Source: a virus
Lineage: Duplodnaviria > Caudoviricetes
Reading direction: 5' to 3' (one strand)
Virus record (IMG/VR): IMGVR_UViG_3300025867_000014
Location: 13,639-77,638 of that record
DNA length: 64,000 nt
Below the pieces are notes generated by a model that made no database searches, was not told where the DNA came from, and saw nothing but the letters and a program-made list of their open reading frames with translations. Below are positions 59,963-64,000 of the stretch, one piece after another. A program made the translations under genes and the position numbers. The stretch's first letter is position 1. Each line of letters begins with the position of its first letter.

Positions 59963-60236
59963 AATGACAAATAGTGTTTTTATCTTTACAATGAATGGTT
60001 GTCCATATTGTTTGGAATTGAAAAATGCTTTGACGGAGTTAAATATACCCTATCGCGAGTTTAAAATTCACGAGAATAAACATATATGGGAACAGGTGGT
60101 TAAACAAACAGGATTTAGGAATTTACCAACCATATATATCAAAGAAGGCGACTCGGATATTGGCCCAGTTTATATACCGGGCAGGGATTTTGACACTAAA
60201 GAACAAATCATAGAAATAATTAAAGGGTATATGTAA
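59952..60236 (+). CDS. Glutaredoxin
   Basis: FTMNGCPYC active site; RNLPTIYI. Confidence 0.9.
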   Translation: METKMTNSVFIFTMNGCPYCLELKNALTELNIPYREFKIHENKHIWEQVVKQTGFRNLPTIYIKEGDSDIGPVYIPGRDFDTKEQIIEIIKGYM

Positions 60237-60255
60237 ACTACACAAGTCATTGGTT

Positions 60256-60281
60256 AAAGGGGGATTCATCCCCCTTTTTTT
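60256..60281 (+). terminator. Rho-independent terminator
   Basis: AAAGGGGGAT-TC-ATCCCCCTTT followed by a T tract, after the glutaredoxin gene. Confidence 0.85.
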
Positions 60282-60357
60282 ATGCTTTTTTTCATCTAAT
60301 ATACTTGTTTCTCGTAAAAGAAATGAAATAAAAGTATTTATTTGATAAGACGATAAA

Positions 60358-61626
60358 ATGGCAGACTTTAGAAGAATAAATTGGGCGCAAATTGACCCGC
60401 TCTTATTTACCGGAACCACAACGGGGAATTGTATAACCGCCGCTCTCACATATTTCGAATACCAATTTAGATATGAGGGATTAAGTGCATATTTGAAAGT
60501 TAATTCCGATCCTGTTGTTGAGTATTGGTTTAAGGGTGGAATCGAAGATTATCATTTCGTAGTCAAAACTATGGGTGGTGGTGGCGGTAGCAATGTAAAC
60601 TTTATTCCACATACAGGTCTTGAATATACAGGGTCAAGTTTTGACGCTAGGACGATTTATAACACATCATTAGACCCAACATTAGCCACACCTGAAAAGG
60701 TTGGAGGAATCACGGGAGGAACAACTGTTGCAAGTTTAACGGGTAAAACTTTGGTGGGTATAATTGATGATTTATTATTTCCAACGGTTTTACCCACATA
60801 TACAATACCAACGATTGCAATATCATCACCGATTAGTACCGTACAAGAAGTCGGTTCAAGTATAAGTCCAGTATTAACATTGGATGGGGTAAAAAACGAT
60901 GCGGCGGCATACACATTATTAAATATTTTAAGGGGGGCAACAACAATTTCTACAACATTATCCCCAACAATTTTATCTGCAACAAATGTCCCTGATCAAT
61001 TTGGATATACCAATCCAAATAATCCAAATTATAGATATCGATTGATATATACGGATACTGGTTATGTAATACCAGCAACAGTATCAACATCACCAAGTTC
61101 AACACAATATAAAGGTAACGGTACATATGGCGCGGGGTTGGCAAAACAAAATAATAAAAATGTTACAGATACAAGAACGCCATTAATTAGAAATATAAAT
61201 GTGCCTCAAAGTGGAGACGCTGGGTTTACATCGAATATCATAACAATTAGTGGTTATTATCCATATTTTTACGGTAATACCGCAGGGGTGGCAACACCCA
61301 CAGATATAGTTAATATAATACAATCTGGAAGTGGATTTGTTAAAGTTGTGGCGGATGGAGGAAGTACATTATCAATGGCGTTTAATGCTGTTGGAGAATG
61401 GCCTTGGTTTGTCATATTTAACCCATATCCAACTAAAACGAAATGGGAAGACGCAAACAATCCATTGAATAATGGAAATATTGGATTAAATCTTACTGAT
61501 TTATTTTCTGCCCCAACAACATTAACCATAAACTCGCCGGATGGTTATTGGAACGGCATTAGTTTTAAAATATATGTTGCTCAAAAGGTAACAACATTAG
61601 GTACTTGTTTAATTAAAGTATCATAA
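60358..61626 (+). CDS. Putative tail/head fibre-associated structural protein (422 aa)
   Basis: Preceded by TATTTAT; shares a VEYWF.GGI.D motif with the downstream collagen-like protein; Thr-rich beta content. Confidence 0.6.
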   Translation: MADFRRINWAQIDPLLFTGTTTGNCITAALTYFEYQFRYEGLSAYLKVNSDPVVEYWFKGGIEDYHFVVKTMGGGGGSNVNFIPHTGLEYTGSSFDARTIYNTSLDPTLATPEKVGGITGGTTVASLTGKTLVGIIDDLLFPTVLPTYTIPTIAISSPISTVQEVGSSISPVLTLDGVKNDAAAYTLLNILRGATTISTTLSPTILSATNVPDQFGYTNPNNPNYRYRLIYTDTGYVIPATVSTSPSSTQYKGNGTYGAGLAKQNNKNVTDTRTPLIRNINVPQSGDAGFTSNIITISGYYPYFYGNTAGVATPTDIVNIIQSGSGFVKVVADGGSTLSMAFNAVGEWPWFVIFNPYPTKTKWEDANNPLNNGNIGLNLTDLFSAPTTLTINSPDGYWNGISFKIYVAQKVTTLGTCLIKVS

Positions 61627-61649
61627 AATATGAAATATGACGATATAAA

Positions 61650-64000
61650 ATGGCTATAAATTTAAGTGACAATATATTAGCAAAAACCACATTACCAGCG
61701 GACGCAAAGTACGGCCCGTATTCAGGTGCCACTTTGGCCGCTTGTAAAAATGCGGTATATACCTATTTAGATCCGTCATATCGTTATATAGGATTGACAG
61801 TCGGTATAATTGTTAATACAGATCCTATTGTTGAATATTGGTTTTATAGTGGTATAACTGATCCTGATTTAGTAATAAAACAAGCGGCGGGTACAAGTGG
61901 AACAGCTGGTACTGCTGGCACATCGGGAACTGCGGGTAGTAGTGGATCATCAGGTAGTAGTGGAAGTACTGGCACAAGTGGTAGTTCTGGCTCTAGCGGC
62001 TCAACGGGTTCGAGCGGTTCATCGGGAAGCACGGGAACATCTGGTTCTAGCGGCTCAACGGGTTCTAGCGGTTCATCGGGAAGCACGGGAACATCTGGCT
62101 CAAGTGGATCATCGGGAAGCTCAGGTTCGTCTGGAAGTTCTGGCTCAACAGGTACATCTGGCTCAGGCGGCTCATCTGGAAGTAGTGGAAGCACAGGGTC
62201 TTCTGGTAGTACAGGTACATCGGGAAGTAGTGGGAGCACAGGAACATCCGGTTCAAGCGGAAGTTCAGGAAGTAGCGGAAGTACTGGTACAAGTGGTAGT
62301 TCTGGCTCATCAGGAAGTAGTGGAAGTACAGGTTCAAGTGGGTCATCGGGTAGTAGTGGAAGTACAGGAACAAGTGGAACATCTGGAACAAGAGGTTCAA
62401 GTGGGTCTTCTGGTTCGAGCGGTTCATCAGGAACATCAGGTAGTAGTGGTTCAAGTGGGTCATCTGGATCTACTGGTACATCAGGATCAAGCGGAACATC
62501 TGGAACACGCGGATCAAGCGGTAGTTCAGGATCATCAGGTAGCACTGGAACTAGCGGGTCTTCAGGTACAACAGGTTCTAGTGGAAGCACAGGTTCTTCG
62601 GGATCAACAGGTTCTTCGGGATCAACAGGTTCTTCAGGTTCAAGTGGCTCATCTGGAAGTAGTGGAAGTACAGGAACATCAGGTAGTTCTGGTTCAACTG
62701 GGTCTTCAGGATCATCAGGAAGCACAGGAACATCTGGCTCAAGCGGAAGTACTGGAACATCGGGGTCGTCAGGAACAAGTGGTAGTGGAGGAACATCGGG
62801 ATCAAGTGGGTCATCTGGTTCAAGTGGTAGTACAGGAACTAGCGGTAGTTCTGGAACAAGTGGAAGCACAGGTTCGTCTGGCTCGAGCGGTAGTACTGGA
62901 ACTAGTGGCTCTTCAGGATCAACAGGGTCATCTGGATCGAGTGGCAGTACAGGAACTTCTGGTTCATCAGGAAGTACGGGGTCAAGTGGATCATCGGGCA
63001 GTACTGGAACATCAGGATCAAGTGGTACTACTGGTTCTTCAGGATCAAGTGGTAGTACTGGAACATCAGGATCAAGTGGTAGTACTGGAACATCAGGATC
63101 AAGTGGAAGTACAGGCTCTTCGGGTTCAAGTGGAAGTTCTGGATCATCAGGCTCAAGTGGTAGCACAGGAACTAGCGGATCTTCAGGTAGTACAGGAACG
63201 AGTGGATCTTCTGGTTCTTCTGGCTCAAGTGGAACAAGCGGTTCAACAGGTTCTTCAGGTTCAACTGGAACATCAGGTACAAGCGGTAGTTCAGGATCAA
63301 CAGGAACTAGTGGTTCATCTGGCTCAACGGGAACATCAGGTTCAAGTGGAAGTACAGGAACAAGCGGTTCAACAGGAAGTTCTGGTTCAACTGGTTCTTC
63401 GGGTTCAAGTGGAAGTACAGGAACATCAGGAAGCTCAGGAACAACAGGTTCTTCAGGTTCAAGCGGTAGTTCAGGAACAAGCGGTAGTAGCGGAAGTACA
63501 GGAACATCTGGGTCAAGCGGTAGCACAGGGACATCGGGAACTTCAGGCTCAAGTGGGACATCAGGGTCATCTGGTAGTACGGGAACTAGTGGAAGTACAG
63601 GAACATCCGGGTCAAGCGGTAGTAGTGGAACAACAGGTTCATCTGGCTCAAGTGGTTCATCAGGAAGCACGGGTTCATCTGGTTCAGCAGGAACATCTGG
63701 GTCAACAGGAACATCAGGAAGCTCAGGAACATCAGGAAGCTCAGGATCAACAGGGTCATCTGGCTCAAGTGGTTCATCTGGCTCAAGTGGTAGTGTAGGA
63801 ACATCTGGCTCAAGCGGTAGCACAGGTTCGAGCGGTAGCACAGGTTCGAGCGGTAGCACAGGTTCGAGCGGTAGCACAGGTTCGAGCGGTAGCACAGGAA
63901 CATCTGGCTCAAGCGGAAGCACAGGAACATCTGGCTCAAGCGGAAGCACAGGAACATCTGGCTCAAGCGGAAGCACAGGAACATCTGGTTCATCAGGAAG
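61650..64000 (+). CDS. Collagen-like (Gly-Ser/Thr-Ser)n fibre protein, 3' truncated by the window (not in the ORF track)
   Basis: ATG at 61650 gives MAINLSDNILAKTTLPADAKYGPY...VEYWFYSGITDPDLVIKQAA, then uninterrupted G-X-Y from 61890 to the window end. Confidence 0.9.
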   Translation, partial: MAINLSDNILAKTTLPADAKYGPYSGATLAACKNAVYTYLDPSYRYIGLTVGIIVNTDPIVEYWFYSGITDPDLVIKQAAGTSGTAGTAGTSGTAGSSGSSGSSGSTGTSGSSGSSGSTGSSGSSGSTGTSGSSGSTGSSGSSGSTGTSGSSGSSGSSGSSGSSGSTGTSGSGGSSGSSGSTGSSGSTGTSGSSGSTGTSGSSGSSGSSGSTGTSGSSGSSGSSGSTGSSGSSGSSGSTGTSGTSGTRGSSGSSGSSGSSGTSGSSGSSGSSGSTGTSGSSGTSGTRGSSGSSGSSGSTGTSGSSGTTGSSGSTGSSGSTGSSGSTGSSGSSGSSGSSGSTGTSGSSGSTGSSGSSGSTGTSGSSGSTGTSGSSGTSGSGGTSGSSGSSGSSGSTGTSGSSGTSGSTGSSGSSGSTGTSGSSGSTGSSGSSGSTGTSGSSGSTGSSGSSGSTGTSGSSGTTGSSGSSGSTGTSGSSGSTGTSGSSGSTGSSGSSGSSGSSGSSGSTGTSGSSGSTGTSGSSGSSGSSGTSGSTGSSGSTGTSGTSGSSGSTGTSGSSGSTGTSGSSGSTGTSGSTGSSGSTGSSGSSGSTGTSGSSGTTGSSGSSGSSGTSGSSGSTGTSGSSGSTGTSGTSGSSGTSGSSGSTGTSGSTGTSGSSGSSGTTGSSGSSGSSGSTGSSGSAGTSGSTGTSGSSGTSGSSGSTGSSGSSGSSGSSGSVGTSGSSGSTGSSGSTGSSGSTGSSGSTGSSGSTGTSGSSGSTGTSGSSGSTGTSGSSGSTGTSGSSG
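61890..64000 (+). repeat. Gly-X-Y collagen-like repeat (~700 codons) with perfect tandem units
   Basis: GGTTCGAGCGGTAGCACA x4 (63825-63896) and GGAACATCTGGCTCAAGCGGAAGCACA x3 (63897-63977). Confidence 0.95.

Noticed and set aside
61844-63993. 710-aa minus-strand LPLEPDVPV ORF and the other long off-frame ORFs over the repeat
   Set aside because: These are shadows of the + strand Gly-X-Y gene starting at ATG 61650. Antisense GGN-WSN codons lack stops, and the true gene has a normal N-terminal domain and operon context.
1-64000. Genome-wide stop codon reassignment (TAG or TGA)
   Set aside because: TAG is almost unused as a stop, but long genes are intact under code 11 and several genes end in TGA with ATGA coupling. 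The single internal TGA at 56597 is better explained as a nonsense mutation.
1-64000. tRNA or rRNA genes
   Set aside because: No intergenic space large enough, and no cloverleaf or T-loop GTTCGA context outside coding regions.

Overview
This 64 kb window is from a large, AT-rich dsDNA tailed phage with a contractile tail (jumbo-like myovirus). The host is probably Bacteroidota, inferred from TTTG-N20-TAnnTTT(G/T) promoters, A-rich leaders without Shine-Dalgarno sites, a Bacteroidota-like NrdJ and an Hc1-like protein. Almost all genes are on the + strand. In order: the 3' end of a baseplate-hub-like gene; a replication/recombination block (gp32-like SSB, RecA/UvsX, 5'-3' exonuclease, DnaB, class II RNR); a ~26 kb baseplate/tail/adhesin block (gp25, gp6/J-like, giant structural proteins, Pro-Thr linker proteins, permuted Fib_succ_major domains); RuvC, primase, a PD-(D/E)XK nuclease and SbcD/SbcC; a lysis-like cluster containing a sigma-70 factor; acidic head-associated proteins; Hc1-like, Dam, NusG, AAA ATPase and glutaredoxin genes; and the start of a collagen-like fibre gene that runs off the window. 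Three free-standing homing endonuclease-like genes are present. No tRNA, rRNA, CRISPR array or reverse transcriptase was found. The most interesting signals are: (1) a [S/T]-G-x-T motif strongly enriched in virion proteins and absent from the replication enzymes checked, which together with the PT linkers and a Pro-free Gly-Ser/Thr collagen suggests a virion O-glycosylation system; (2) a modular anchor-linker-cargo adhesin family with circularly permuted Fib_succ_major domains; (3) hairpin-gated endonuclease start sites; (4) two candidate recoding sites, a gene-60-like 52-nt gap and an A10 frameshift. All family assignments come from motif recognition by eye, not database searches.
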